The notes under the pieces are model-generated. The model saw nothing but the letters and a program-made list of their open reading frames with translations, ran no database searches and was not told the origin of the DNA. This document shows positions 1 through 14,299 of a stretch of 64,000 bases of DNA, one piece after another (within the stretch, counting starts at the first letter, position 1; each line of letters begins with the position of its first letter). The DNA is from Lytechinus pictus (lineage: Eukaryota): positions 27,158,001 through 27,222,000 of the forward strand of contig NC_087245.1 in NCBI RefSeq assembly GCF_037042905.1. Reading direction: 5' to 3'. The position numbers were made by a program, and so were the translations under genes.

Positions 1-162
1 GACAATGAAAAGCTGGGAGGTCTTTGTCGAAAATTGGTGAACCGTAACAGCAGTTTTGGAGCTGAGGAATAATTGAAAATATGTTGTTTGTCCAGAGTCC
101 AGGACGAAACTGCTGTTTTGATTCACCAATTTTGGACAAAGACTTTTTGGTTGTTTATTGTC
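1..162. repeat. Inverted repeat / palindromic MITE core (probably extends off-window)
   Basis: 1-57 is an imperfect reverse complement of 107-162 (gtctttgtc.aaaattggtgaa....aacagcagttt). Confidence 0.65.
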
Positions 163-2019
163 ATGAAGGGCATTTGACAATACACTTTCTATATTCTTGA
201 ATCCGTCGTGTATTGTGGAACATAAACCTCCTGTATACATTACTCACAGGGCGTTATGCTAATACAGTGAGTGTATGTATGTATTTCTTCAAGAGTCACC
301 GTACCCCAGTTCCTTAACCAATAACTTGTAAGCATTGTTGATCTTTTCTATAAATGGAATAGGTCTACTATACATGTTTGTGCAGGAATATAGGCATACA
401 TATAAATCTATTCCACACAGGAGAAAAAAAAACAATGCTTACAATTATAAAATGCAATATAATTTGGGTAATAGTCAAATTTGTCAAGTAATATGTCAGT
501 GGAAATCATGATCATATAGATTGCCATATGCAGATGATAAAGTATAAAGACATATCAGTAATAATGATGAAGAATTCAATTGGTAAATGAGAATACAAAG
601 CTCCACACTTTATTAAAAAGTCCCCTCCCTAGATTTTAAAGGAAAGACAACCTATGATGAGCAAATGAAAAACAATCGAACAATAGAGGTGGGCTATAAA
701 TGGATAATCTTTCAAAACCAAGGATTTATCAGGCTAGAAGAATATATTAATAGACACCAGAATTTGAAAGCTTTAATAGTAGGTCTTCAAATAAGAAAAT
801 TATGACTTTTTTCATTCTCAACAAATGATGACTTGGCATAGGCCACACCCCCTCAAAACTGTATTTTTGCATGCACACCTGAGTGTCATATTGACAGGAC
901 AACAATCTGCTTCAAATGAGATTAAACTTAATAATCTGAAATATCACCCCTTTATTACCATTCTATAGCCCACCTATACAATGCCAAAAGGAGACTGGAT
1001 GATGTGCTGTTCAATCTTTTAAACATTAAAAACTGGAACTATATAAAAAAAAACACACCTAGTTTTTGCATCCCACTTCATGATAAAGAGTCTTGTTTCA
1101 CTATAAATCCGAAAGAATTTTTTTACCTATACATTTTTATAGTTATATCATATTGTCTTGATTCAACACAAGTGAGCAGTGTCAATTTTGCTATAAAGGC
1201 GACTTGTCAAAAGTCTCTGCCGTGCTTTTTAGCAGGTTATCCTGCTATCAAAGATGCTTACTTTTGACAAGGTGCCTATAAAGTAATATTCACCAGTAGA
1301 GGGGAGTATTCAACTTGACTTCAGATTACTTGGTAACCTTCTTCAGAGAATGACTCAACATTTATTCTCTCTTCCCAGTTATTATCCTCCCACTCAGTCA
1401 ATATGTGTAGGAGTTAATATGGTTCTGTTTTACAACACATATTTTAAAGTGAAAAATCAAGTAGTGGCCAACTTCCTTTCTATTATTAAACCTTTGATTT
1501 TTAGACTGAATGAATGTGTAGGAAATGTGAACTTTTTTTGTTGGCATTCTGTTATGAAACTAACTTTGTTTTGTTGTGTAAAGACACAGTTCTCAAATTT
1601 CTGCTTTTTTCAATTTCCTTCTCAAATCTGTATATGCATATATTTATAAGGTTTAAGAACACTTAGATACATTCTAATGTCCAAGGACCAAAACCGAACA
1701 TGTTCAACAATAATTACAAAATAATTATATGAAAGCAAATCAGTTTATATGCAGACCAAAGGTTGAGGTGCAAGTAAAATGCATGTAGAGCAATGTGCAT
1801 GTAAAATTTCTATCAATGAAAAAAAAGCTCCAAATGCCCTCATTTTGGAGTAATGACCTTTTTAAAGTCAGATTTTGGGGACCAAAACACACCCCTTTAA
1901 TAAAATCCTGGGTCTGTGGCTGAGAATAGAAATGGAAATAATACATTAAACATTAATAAAAGAAACAGAATATATGGCAAGGGATAAAATATTATCATAC
2001 AGAAAAAGAGCATTTCCAT

Positions 2020-2858
2020 TTTTGTCTCGCCCACCAGAAGTGAAGGCGAGACTAAGGGATCCAAATGTCGTCCGTCCGTCGTCCGTCCATCACAAACCTA
2101 ATGACACATAACTCCACAACGGTTAGTCGCTTTTCAACCAAACTTGGATGGTAGATGGACTTGGGGGACCTGCATATTATGCTGCAGTCAGAGGTCACAT
2201 TGTAAGGTCAAAGGTCATTTTCAGGTCAACCTTAAAGTTTACATGCAAGACTCTCTTATGACACCTAACTCCGCAACCGTAAGTCACTTTTCAACCAAAC
2301 TTGGATGGTAGATGGACGGGGGGAGCTGCATGTTATGCTGCAGTCGGAGGTCACATGGTAAGGTCAAAGGTCATTTTCAGGTCAACGTTAATGTTTACAT
2401 GCAGGACTCTCTTATGACACCTAATTCCGCAACCTTAAGTCACTTTTCAACCAAACATGAATGGTAGATGGACTTGGGGGACCTGCATCTTATGCTGCAG
2501 TCGGAGGTCACATGGTAAGGTCAAAGGTCATTTTCAGGTCAACGTTAAAGTTTACATGCAAGACTCTCTTATGACACCTAACTCCGCAACCGTCAGTCAC
2601 TTTTCAACAAAACGTGGATGGTAGATGTACTTAGGCGACCTGCATGTTATGCTGCAGTCGGAGGTCACATGGTAAGGTCAAAGGTCATTTTCAGGTCAAC
2701 ATTAAAGTTTACGTGCAAGGCTCTAAATGACAAGTGTTATTCCATCCCAGTCATTTCACAATGAAGTTTCGATACAATTCTGTTGCGTGCCCTCGCAAAT
2801 CACGATATTTCTTGTTATTTTCATAAGTGGGCGAGACACAAAATCGCTTTTGCCTTGT
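2020..2858 (+). mobile_element. Helentron-associated non-autonomous element (HINE / DINE-1-like) with about 4 x 157-bp internal tandem repeats
   Basis: Sub-terminal IR tgtctcgcccac/gtgggcgagaca; 5' internal IR ggcgagac; (GTCC)-type microsatellite; unit marker gtaaggtca at 2202, 2358, 2515, 2672; 3' hairpin caaaa-tcgc-ttttg; T-rich flanks. Confidence 0.75.
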
Positions 2859-4697
2859 TATACAATTGTATATTTCCTCTTCTTTTTATTAAAGATTTCT
2901 TCTAGAACACACAGTGATACTTTTTGGAGTTTATGAAAGATTCACGTTTTTTAATAATACACCCCTAGCATAGAAAACCATGCTAATTTCATTTAATGAA
3001 AACTTGCTTAATTGCTTTAGTCATTAAAAGTCAATTATATTAACCTGAATGCTTTCATTAACCTCGATTTATAATACATAAAATTTCAATAGATAAATCA
3101 ATTATGATTTTTAATGTACGATTATATTTTAGACTGAACAAAGAATGTTTTACCTTGAGATTTAGTCAAAGTGACCAGCTGTCCAGAAATCTCACCTTTT
3201 TACAAAGATCACAAATATTGTAAATTCATTTATCCATTCCTGGATTCACTATCTCATTTTTTCATACATTAATATGCCTCAGATATGAAGGAACTTTGAA
3301 ATATTTTGTTCTTCTGTTTGAGATGCTTATGACTGAAATCATTCAATAAATGGGAGACGTTAACACATGCACTTGTTCTCGTAAGCGGTTTCCGGATAAA
3401 TTAAGGTGGTGTGAGGCCCTTTCCTGCTTCTGCCCACACTTTGCTTGACCAGAGGGGTAATGGACTGGTCATCGATGACCACCGGCCACATGGAATACCA
3501 CAGGACATTGGCTGGCATAAGAATGACCCTGTAAGGATTAGGAAATGAATCATTGGCATGGTAATTAGGATCAACTAAAGCATGATATATACACACCGTT
3601 GAGTGGCCAGTATGGCTTAACCTCCCTCCCTCTGATAAATTAATTTCATCAAATTTGCCAGTCAAAACTGGGAAACGTTTGGTATTCATTAATATTAGAA
3701 TTTTCAAATTTTTATTGCTATTTTATAAGTAATCTTATTTATTTGAATGTTTTTTCAATGGGAAGTTTACCCAGAATTTTTAATAAAAGCAGAATAATAA
3801 ATAGAGACATGATTAGTGGAGGTTTAATGAAAATATATCAAAGAATAAAAAAAAAGTTATGAATTTTTACAGTTTTTTGTGACTTCATATTGCATGCAGC
3901 TTTCCCATATATCATGTAAAATTCAAAATTTTAAATGAAACTTCCTTTGAAAATAATTTTCTTACAGAGGGATATGAAATGATATGTCTGATGGTATATC
4001 CCCTGCAAAAATAGAATAAAAACTGGATTTTAAAAAAATTTACAATCATGTATATCGAAATTGTGTTTGGGAGACCAGCCAAGGTTTATGCTGGTTCTCA
4101 AAATTGCTGATGAATTGTGTACATAAATATTTTTTCGATGGATGAGTTTTTCATCAATAAAATAAGTCATATTTGCAAACTGCAAAGAAAGTAGCCACTA
4201 ATAGGGAAAGTATCAGATCATTTCTATTGAAGAGTACAGTACATGCAATTATATGTCATGTTTAGAACTATGTCATTTTAAGAAAAAAAATGATCAATTT
4301 TTCATTTATGTAGAGTGCCTCAATGTGGCTATAAAATTGACATAAACAGGTAGAAAGTTGAACAGAAGTGCACATTTTGACAAGGAAAGGAAATGATTTC
4401 ATATCAGTTGTCTGTAGGAAGTGATTGAATCTGGGCTCTGTTGTCTTTAAGCTCATTTTCTTAGAATGTCAGTTGTGTCATTCAGTAGCAAATATTGGTC
4501 AATTATCTTAGTGGGCAAGTCTGCCCCGCTATCAAGGTGATTTCAATGAAAACAGAAAAAATATTTGAGAAATTAGTAAAGAAAGTTTGACAATATTCAT
4601 CCAATAATAACACAATGATGAGTTTTGAAAGTTCTGATTTGGTACATATTTTCTCAGAAAATTGGAAATAATTTAATCTGAAATAATGTGCAATGAA

Positions 4698-4876
4698 TAC
4701 ACTGTAAAGATGTTGTTTGAAATTTTAAGCACGTTGTTTAAGCCCATCACTCTAACAACTTGTTTAAACTTTTTGAACAACTGTTTAAACTTTTAAAACA
4801 AGTTGTTTAAAAAGTTTAAACAATTTCAAAAAAGTTTGAACAACTTGTTGTTCGAGTGACAGGCTTAAATATTGTG
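4698..4876. mobile_element. Palindromic CACTG-type MITE
   Basis: ta-cactgtaaa ... ttaactgtg-ta ends; internal gtttaaac repeats in inverted arrangement. Confidence 0.5.
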
Positions 4877-5953
4877 CTATTTTTTTTAACTGTGTAAATA
4901 ATAAATAGACCATTATAGTGGACCAGGACTTGAATTAATTCAACCCATGAAGGCCAGTACCTTGGATGCTGTGTTGCAAGGCAATTAAAAACAAATAAAT
5001 TTGGGGACTACTTTTTACAACCTACATGTACTCCCTAAATCTGCAACATTGAATAAACTTGAACATTGCAGTGAATGGGGGATTTTCTGTGGCCCTTTTT
5101 TCATTTTCCAAGGCTCTTTTACAGTATTTCAGGGCCCTGAAGACCCATGCTATCTTTTCCCTGCTCTGTTGACTGGCCTTGATGCCTTTCTCATTATTTT
5201 CGGAAATTTGTTTTTCCCATTTGTATGGTAATGTTGAAATGTACCCTGTATATAAAGGTGGCCTTGCCCTTAGAAATATCAAAATTATTGGCCTTTTACG
5301 ATTGTGAAAAAAATTCATATTGATAGAATTCACATTACATTGTGTGTGTGTATGGGGGGGAGGGGGACTGCTTCCATGTTTTAATTTTACAACGAAAATC
5401 CAAGCCCTCATTTATAAAGAATGTTTACTGATTTCTGCATTTATTAAATCCAACCTGTCATCAGGATTAACTTCCACTCTAAATCACAAAAGGGGCATAT
5501 ATATATATATATATATATTCTTTTTTTTTTTTTTGGGGGGGGGGGACTATTTGGGGGTCAGGGGCAATGGCTATGGAAGAAAAATACTGTGCATTCAATG
5601 GCTCTACATAAACTGACATAGGAGCAAAATATTAACTTGGCCAGATTATGTGGCAGTTGCATTTCATTTTAAGTTTCCATTGTTTTGGTATATTTTTTAC
5701 ATACTTAATTTCTTCACTGCCAGAACAATGCTGAAAAGAGGAAATAAAGGCCTACTTGAAGCCTTGTCATTGTTTATATTACTTGTAATACGGTTTGACC
5801 ACCTCCTTGGTTTGCCTGCATGTAGGAAGTGGTTTGTTACTCATTTTTTGTAAACAATACTGTCCCACAACAGGTGCAGCTGGATATTTGACAAGATGAT
5901 ACATTTTATTTTATTTCATAGTTTGCTCGATCATATACAGTATTTCATTTTAA

Positions 5954-6546
5954 AGGACGAGTCCACTCCAACAAAAAGTTGATTTGAATAAAAAGAGAAA
6001 AATCCACCAAGCATAACATTGAAAATTTCATCGAAATCGGATGTAAAATAAGAAAGTTATGACATTTTAAAGTTTCGCTTAATTTCACAAAACACGTATG
6101 CACATCCAGGTCAGTATGCAAATGAGGAGACTGATGACGTCATCCACTCACTATTTCTTTTGTATTTTATTATATGAAATATTCTATTTTTCTTCTCATT
6201 GTCAAGTTAAACAATGATTAATTCCTCCCTGAACATGTGGAATGAGCTTTGTTTAATACTATATGGTTCAGTCAAGTTGGTCCTTATTGTCAAATATGTA
6301 AAAAATGAAATATTGTATAATTCAAACAATAAAAAACAAAAGAAATAGTGAGTGATAGACATCATTGACTGACTCATTTGTATGTCAATGAGTTGTGCAT
6401 ATCACTGTTTTGTGAAAATAAGCGAAACTTCAAAATGCCATAACTTTCTTAATTTACATCCGATTTTGATGAAATTTTCAGCATTATGCTAGTTTGATTT
6501 TTCTGTATTTATTCAAATCAACACTTTTCTGGGGTGGACTTGACCT
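5954..6546. mobile_element. Long-TIR MITE with TTAA target duplication (Kolobok-like)
   Basis: TTAA|AGGACGAGTCCAC ... GTGGACTTGACCT|TTAA; the two halves are reverse complements over about 200 bp. Confidence 0.8.
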
Positions 6547-7069
6547 TTAAATATCTTGATTTCCAATATCTTCCACAAAAGGATAGAAAGGGAGGTAAAT
6601 AGAGGAAAAAATCATTTTTAAGTTTTATGTACTAAGAAGTTTCTTTCAGTCACACAGATTTATTTAAATGTTTATTCCAAATTCTACATTTCATATGATC
6701 TTTCAGAAAGACAAAATGACCATTGTACATGTAGGCTATAGCATAAAAGACTCAGGATAGGTAAGGTTGATATTGGCCCTAATAAATAGTTACAAACGTC
6801 ATTGATTCTTTGAAGGTGTACACTGAGCTGAAAATATTAAAACACATTTTAATTGAAGAAATTAAGATAACAAAATTCAAAATGGTGGAATTTCAATGTT
6901 TTGCATTATTTGGACTACCGGTACTCAGTTTTGTGATTGTTCCTGGTATTATGAAATGAGCGAGCTGATGCCCGATGATGTTACATCCCCCCTTTCGATA
7001 TTTTTTTCTACAAATTTTCAGTCTTAACATTTTCATTTGATTTTTTTGTAATTGATAACAAAAATTATT

Positions 7070-7285
7070 TTGGTGATAATGGTGATGGGTATGAAGATTA
7101 TAATAATGATAATGTGACTGTAATAACTGATGGTGATGATGATGGTGATGATGATAATGGTTATTGATGATGATGTTGACGAAGATGACATTCATAGTGA
7201 TGATGATGAAGGTGGTGGTGATGGTGGTGGTGATGATGATGATAATGATATTGATGATGATGGTTATGATGGTTTTGATAATTGG
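7070..7285. repeat. Degenerate (GAT/GGT)n microsatellite
   Basis: Direct inspection. Confidence 0.85.
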
Positions 7286-9659
7286 TGACTTCATTCCTCA
7301 GGAATAAGGACATGTCTATTTAGATACAGTACCGGTCCACTTCTTTTTAGTTTGAAAACAACCTTGTTTTTCTGATTGGGAATGGGTTTAAACTTTGAAG
7401 GTTGGTGGATTAAATTGCGCATGAACTAGATCATAATGCCATCAGACAAGAACTGAGGATACAAATTTTTGTTAAAGAACATTTCATGAACTTCAGGAGT
7501 GGGAAGTGGTCATAATTGTCCCTTGATCTTACCAAGAAATTTAAGAGAGGGGAATCTGTTAACACCTTATGATATCCAGGATCCTATTTGATCCGCAGAA
7601 ACCGCACTGTTATCACCCAATGGATGATACCATCATCTCTCGTTAGAACTAGATCATGGATTTATGGGGGAAATTTATCCACTCCCCCTCCAAAAAGATG
7701 ATATTGCATTTTTTAAGTTGTTAGAGTTTAATGTTTTTGTCTCTTTAATATTCATTTTGGAGGTCTTCAAATGAAAGCGTTTTGATTGTCTGTGTGAATT
7801 GTTCCTTGGAATGACAAGTTTATAAAGGATGTTTTTTTAGATAATTAAATGGTCACTATCCACAGCCGATCTGGATTCATTTTAAATCCTTGATTTGTAG
7901 AGTGTATGACCTCAATGCCACCATAAATTCAAAACAAATGACATAAATATGAAACAAAATATTTTTTCAAATTTTGAAGTCATGCAGTATATGTTTTCAG
8001 AATGTAAGTGAAATCAAAGCTATATTCTTCCATGCTCTGTCGTATCTTGCTAGTGATTTTGCCCTCACTTATCGTTATAGTTAATCAAAGTCCCTTGAAA
8101 TCTGGCTTATGATGTGGTCAAAGAGCAGAAGCCATGGGGATAATATGAGACCTAAAATAAAGGATTCATCTTCCATACAGGCATGTGGTGTCTTTACTGA
8201 TCAGACCAGACAATGAAGTGTCAAACTTGTCATGGGGTCGACAGCCAAAGACTTGCATGAAATGCCATGAAAGGTCTGTTTCTACTATCCCTTGCACAAC
8301 TCATCTTGGTCTTAATTTGTGTGGTTTACTTGAGGGTTAATTGAGAGAGTTTGTTTCATCAAACCACAGGACCAACTGCTTGAGTTTCTTTCCTCAGGAT
8401 CTGCCAATTTACAAAACTTGCACAGGTTTGATTGTTTAGTTATCACAAAGCTACAATTGCAAAATTGATATTATTTGTAGATTCTAGGAGCTTTTATTTT
8501 GTTGGACTGTAAACAAGGTTTCGTATTCAATTTGTTGATTTGAATTTTAAATCAGATAGTATTAAGACTTGATAGAAAGAAAGTTATAGAAGTGTAATAA
8601 TTGATATTGTAATTTTTGAGTTTTTTTAAACAGAAAAATACATTTTTTGTTATTCTTTGTGTATGCTGCATTCCACTTCTTCCACTTTTGTTATGTTTCA
8701 TGATGTTTGTTGAAGGATTGTTATTTTTCTGCATTTATCTTTTAATTTCCCCTATCAAAGATATAGGACTTGCCTCCATGATTGTGATAATGAGAATCCA
8801 CCCATAGAGCGTCTGCTACAAGGCCTTCATTGCCATTAAGATGATTATCAACCTGCGTAAGCGGCCCATCTTAATCATCTCCTGGGACAAAGGACTGGGT
8901 GGGGAGAAAGAAGGCAAGGTGGCTGGACTAAAATTAGCTGTCAATTTTCTTCATGAAATGATGGATTTTTTTTTTTATTGTTCTTCTTGTTGATGAGGCA
9001 TCGGTTTGTGGTCAGACTCAGTCATCAGGTCCCTGGATGTTGAGACAAAGGGATGCTTTCAAGGTGGCGAGGTCTAGCCGAAGAACAGTATCGGTCAGAA
9101 AAGATGTCAATACCTGAACGGTTACCTATCATCTCTAGAATACAGATATTTTTCTTTTATTCAGATCTATGTTGACGTTAAGTGTGTGTATAATTGTGTC
9201 TTATGCAAAGCCAATGCCACTTGAATTGCCCTCTCTTGCAGAACACTTTATATGCCCTAATGTAGGGTATGTTGTAAACCCCTTGATCTTTTGCACAGGG
9301 AGATGCAAGAAATGGTTTAATAACTTTGAATTCACAAGATAATTGAATGACATTGATTGTGCAGTTCGAGTTCAGAAAGGCCTATTTTTAGCCTGATTGA
9401 CGCAGATACCTGACTTGGGTCTGTTCCAGCCTTTAAAAATCACAAATTTGTATGGTAACTGAAAGTAATTGTCAGTGGAGCATCTTCCCTCTTGGCCTGG
9501 GATTCTCTCTGTCGTCAAAGGCATTACTGAACTACGTAAAACGTAGCGCTGGAGAAGACCAAGTCATCTGGATGCCTGGCTGAATCAGTAATTTGAACAA
9601 AATGGGAGTCATTGTCAATTAACCTGCTTAAATCGCTTTCATTACTGTGCTGATTGCAA

Positions 9660-9783
9660 TCTTGCTCTTCCTACGTCATTGGCAGCCATCTTGGTTTAGG
9701 CCAGGTAATGTAGGCTTAGTTCAGAAACTCTTTGTCCTGATCAGATAGATCTGAGTATGATTTATTGAATCCACATCATCCAG
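9660..9783 (+). promoter_or_regulatory. Candidate alternative promoter/first exon
   Basis: acgtca half-CRE, YY1-like gccatctt near 9685, consensus donor CAG|gtgagt after 9783. Confidence 0.3.
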
Positions 9784-10359
9784 GTGAGTTATTGTCCCTA
9801 AGGCTTATCACTGTGATTACTCTGAGATGTGATATGACTATGGTAGCAGTCGGTCCATTAATAGAAATACAATGGAAGAATTGTGCTCAAATACATAATA
9901 TGATTAGCCTTTACTGATTGCTCAATTTCGGTCAAAGAAATCCCCCTGATAAACATCCCTATCTCTCACCATTTTAGGAATTTCTGATATTGAAGATCTG
10001 TTACATTACAATACTAAATTGTAGCCTCAATATAAATTATATTGTTTAAAGTTTGTCATTGGTCAAAACTTTTGTTCATAGAAGTGCAGTTAATAGTTTG
10101 TAGATTGTATTAAAGAAGTTAGAGGTTTTTTCACTTTGATAATCCCTTTATCATAGAAGGACCCTGTGGCAGTTGACGAGTTTTCAGAATTTGATTACAA
10201 TCATTTGAATCTTGTCACCTTAATAGATTTCCTTGTTTGAGTTGAATATACTCAGGATATTGAATGTGTATACAATTTTTAGTGGGATAGGTCCTTGGTG
10301 GTCGGGATTAGATGGTAAACTCTGATTGCCTTGATCAAGACTATATCCTGCAACCTGTC

Positions 10360-11079
10360 AGCCTTTATGGTAACTAGGAAGATACAAGTAATGACGATTT
10401 CCCCTTGGCAACAGGCCCCAGCTCCAAGACCCTTGGTGACTCACAAAGACTAGGGGGGTCCTAACGCAAGTTGGAAACATCAATTACGTTGCGTTGTCAT
10501 GGACATGGCTCCAAGAATAGCCTGTCAGACCGGGTCGCTCCGCCGCAGTGGCTTGGCGGTGGCAAGTCCTGTTAATCACTGATCCTTTGTCATTATCTGT
10601 GCCAGTAGCTGAACAGTAGCGCTGGGTATGACTAAAGGTACTGTATACCTAGCCACGATCACACTCTCAAACGGGAAATGGTACGTACTGTGCACACAGG
10701 CAGGGATCGGTCCAACAATAGACCCGTGCATGCCTCCTGAACATCAACTCCTTCAAATTTCATTGGACAACAGTTCAACAGCACCACAAGATTTGGAATA
10801 ATAACAAACTGGAATTCCCTCTTCTGTGTCGCAAATGCAACACTTTGGAAATCCAAGAAGTTCACCGTAGATATCTTTTTCAGGAGTATCGTTGAACATA
10901 TGAGTATATATCTCTCGGAGGTTATTTGCAATAGTCTTGAGGTCTTCCTCGTGGTACTCTCAGCGTGTTGTTGTTTACATCCATTTGCTTTGGATACAAG
11001 GGATAACTTTGCCATGTGCAGTAGTGGTGTAGATCTGTAGAGTGTTTCAGAAGACCTTCATCTCCATCATCGGAACTAA
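10360..11079 (+). promoter_or_regulatory. Candidate promoter and first non-coding exon with X-box-like motifs
   Basis: X-box-like sites at 10361-10374, 10398-10412 and 10493-10506; CpG-rich patch at 10530-10560; donor AA|gtaagt after 11079. Confidence 0.35.
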
Positions 11080-13183
11080 GTAAGTTAACTGATTAAGAGA
11101 GATTTTTTGGCTTCATTCTTTATCAACAGGAGGTTTCCAAGTTCCAACATTATAATTTTTCTGGTATTTTCCTGTTCATCAATTGAATGTCAATCAACTG
11201 ATCAGCTCTTGACTACAATTACATGAAGTATAGTCTGTCTTGTATTCAGATATGAAATGCAATTGTTTCAATTTTTCATCCTCAAAACTGATTCACAAAG
11301 TAACTGTCATGTATAGTCTAAGTAGATTAGTCACAAATGAAGCTAAAAAGTTTTGTATTGGAATAATTTGAATTTCCAAAATTAATCCTTTCATGTATTT
11401 ACAAAATAGTAAATTACCCAAGTAAACAGTAGCTTGTCCTGTTTCTGTCATTCATAGAAACATTTTAGGTTACTCACTATTTCCGGAAATGAAGAAGAGG
11501 TGAGACAATTAATCTGCTTGCCATAATTAAACTGAATAAAATCTAAGCCAGCATAGGAAGTAACTGTTTGAAATGGACTTGTGACAAAACCAACTGTCAT
11601 TCAAGGATTGAAAATTATTGCCAACTGTTTGAGACCCGTGCATTTTACCCTCTCTCCCTCTTTGTGTCAACCTGACTCATTTATATCATCGCTCTACAAA
11701 AATTATTTTGATTTTGCAGGTGCAGTGTACCCCAAACAGAGACTGATTCATGTAGCTACTGTTGTTCTTTGTTAGTTCTGATTTAAATTTATTGGTAATG
11801 ATCAAATCCAGACTAGTGTGGAGAATACAACACACAAATCATTAGAATTGTTATATGTGAGTTTGATGTGTGAACACATTGTAGTGAGTGGATTAGCCAG
11901 GGTAGTTCACCCAGGAAATCTAAACCCCGGAATAGTGCCATGGAGTTGTAATGAACCCAATTAGCATTCAGTGGTGACCTGGGGAGTTTTTCACGGAGCA
12001 TCATTGTCAGTGGCTAATGTGCTCTCAGCCAATCGGATGCAAGGGTTTTCAGTAGCTTATGACATGAAAATGACTGACAATTTTTTTCCATGAAATTCTC
12101 CCCTGGTACCTCATTGCCTGGTGATCATTGATTACATGTAGGTTTCTAGATTACCTCTCCCTTCCTTCTCCCTCCAAAATGAAAAGAAAGAATTTTGATG
12201 ATTGGAATATAATTATTAATTACCAACTATTATAGAAAGATATTTCTGCTTGTTCATGGCTATCATTTATTTTACCTGTATAGATTTCTTTTGGTGATTA
12301 TAGTTTAAAGATTGACCATAGAGATACACTGTACATGTGATATCAATATCATAAAGTATCATTTAAAAGAAATTGTTTTATTCATTAGTTAGAGATTGTT
12401 TTTATTTATTAGTTAGAGTTGAAGTGGAACAAAAATGATAGTTGCCATACATCATGGATGATGACATAGTTAAACTTGATAAAAGAAATCTGATAATATT
12501 TCTAATTCCAAGATGCTGTCTTCATTAGATATTAAATTATCATTGTTTACCTATTGATTGTACCTTCAAATGCCCATCTTATAAATTCTATTGAACTATG
12601 GAAAAATGTATTTTCTTAAATTCAAATGGATTTTAAGAAAGTTGGAAGACAACTAAAAATGTTCTCCTCTTCTTCCACCACTATAAAACTTCACATCTTG
12701 TACAGGGTATACATCCATTAACCAACAGCCTTTAGCAGCTGTTGGTTAGAAGAGAATTGCATGCAACATTAATTGATTTTTTTTAACCAACAGATGGTTG
12801 GTTTATATTTTAGTCTATTCTAACCAACTTTTGAGTAGGAAAATTTATGAGAACATACTGAGATGTACAAATGACACATCATGCACATGCTGTGTGGAGC
12901 ATGTGGATTCTTTTAAAGAGGGATGTGCTAAGTGCATTCATGTGATTTATGCTAAATTACAGTCTTCTCAGGAAATTTGACCTTACAGTTGGATAATGAT
13001 TGTGAATTAGAGCTAATTATTTCACCTCAGGATGCCAGTAAGTGTGTAACTTGCCGAACGTGTCGTGATCGGATTCATCAGCACGTACTTTATAATAAGT
13101 ATCACATTTTTCTCCAGTTAGCCCTTTTGATTAGGTGGCTTCACATAGACTTGATCACCAAAATACAGATTTATTTCTCGGCA

Positions 13184-13679
13184 TGTGACAACAATCTGCG
13201 TTCATGGAGCGGGAGTGGATTGGGGATGGCCGCGCCCTTTTTAGACAACAGGGGGGGGGGATTCTTCAAAGGGTGGGTTGAAGAAGGGGGCTTTTCATGA
13301 AAGTTTAAAAGTAGTTTTAAGTTAAATATCCAGTCGTTCCTATGAAAGGTATTTATATTTAATGATAATAACAACAATATATCATTAGGATAATTTTTTT
13401 GTTTATTTTGAATAAATTTGCATAATTAATACAAGGTTAGGCTTAGGGTTCATAATTCTAGAAACCCCCTCAATGCTCTATAGAACAATTGGATGAAGAA
13501 AAACAGTGTATTTTCTATTACGAATAAACAACTAGTATAGGAAACTACTCAGCACTGCCTTTCCTGAAAAGCCCCCTCCCTTGTCTTAAAAGGGTGCATT
13601 AATTTGTCTTGAAAGGATGTAGCCTCCCCCACTCCACCCCCACTCTACTCCCCCTCTGTGAATGCAGACTGTTGTCACA
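13184..13679. mobile_element. MITE with long imperfect TIRs
   Basis: tgtgacaacaatctgcgttca ... tgaatgcagactgttgtcaca; also ggggcttttcatgaaag / ctttcctgaaaagcccc. Confidence 0.7.
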
Positions 13680-14299
13680 ATCCTTATTTTTGATGTATCG
13701 GTCATTCAGCTAGTTAGGTCTTTGTTCATTTTGAATACATTACACACATCATTAGAGCCCAATAACTTAATATAAGTATTCCCTTTTTCCAGACATATGT
13801 GTCATTGTTGACATTATTATTATTGGCATTGTCTCAAGTACCATGGGTTGAAAAGGCAAATCTGGCACATTTACACTCCTAATTGAATTACGCCAGAAAC
13901 AAGCTTCAATGAAGCATGCCAATGCGCTATTATATGAGATTAGATTGTTTTTTTTATACATGTTGTCAATTTTAGGTTGAATGATTATTGTGTCTGTATT
14001 TGAGATATTAAAAAGTAATTATTTCCATCTGTTTGTACTTGTTGGTATGAATTAATTTCAAATTAAATTAATTATATAGTATTATTCATTGTGCTAAATA
14101 TTTTCTTTTGCACATCTGTCTTTTATGAACTTTGAAATTTGTTGTTAGATATAAAAGAAACAATGGAAAATAAACATTTGTTGAATGTTCATATTGTAAG
14201 ATTTAAGAAAAGCTTAATATTTAATGAAATATTTCTATCCCAGTATTTTGTGCAGGATTTTGATGTCAAATTTCTTGTTTGTTTCCATCTTTGTTGTAG

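Noticed and set aside
2100..2730. CRISPR-like periodic repeat
   Set aside because: Units are fully repeated with no unique spacers; eukaryotic context; no cas genes.
13031..13084. Possible zinc-finger exon DASKCVTCRTCRDRIHQH in frame with exon 14300
   Set aside because: Weak donor (gtactt) and no upstream in-frame start found; the candidate first exons place stops in this frame.
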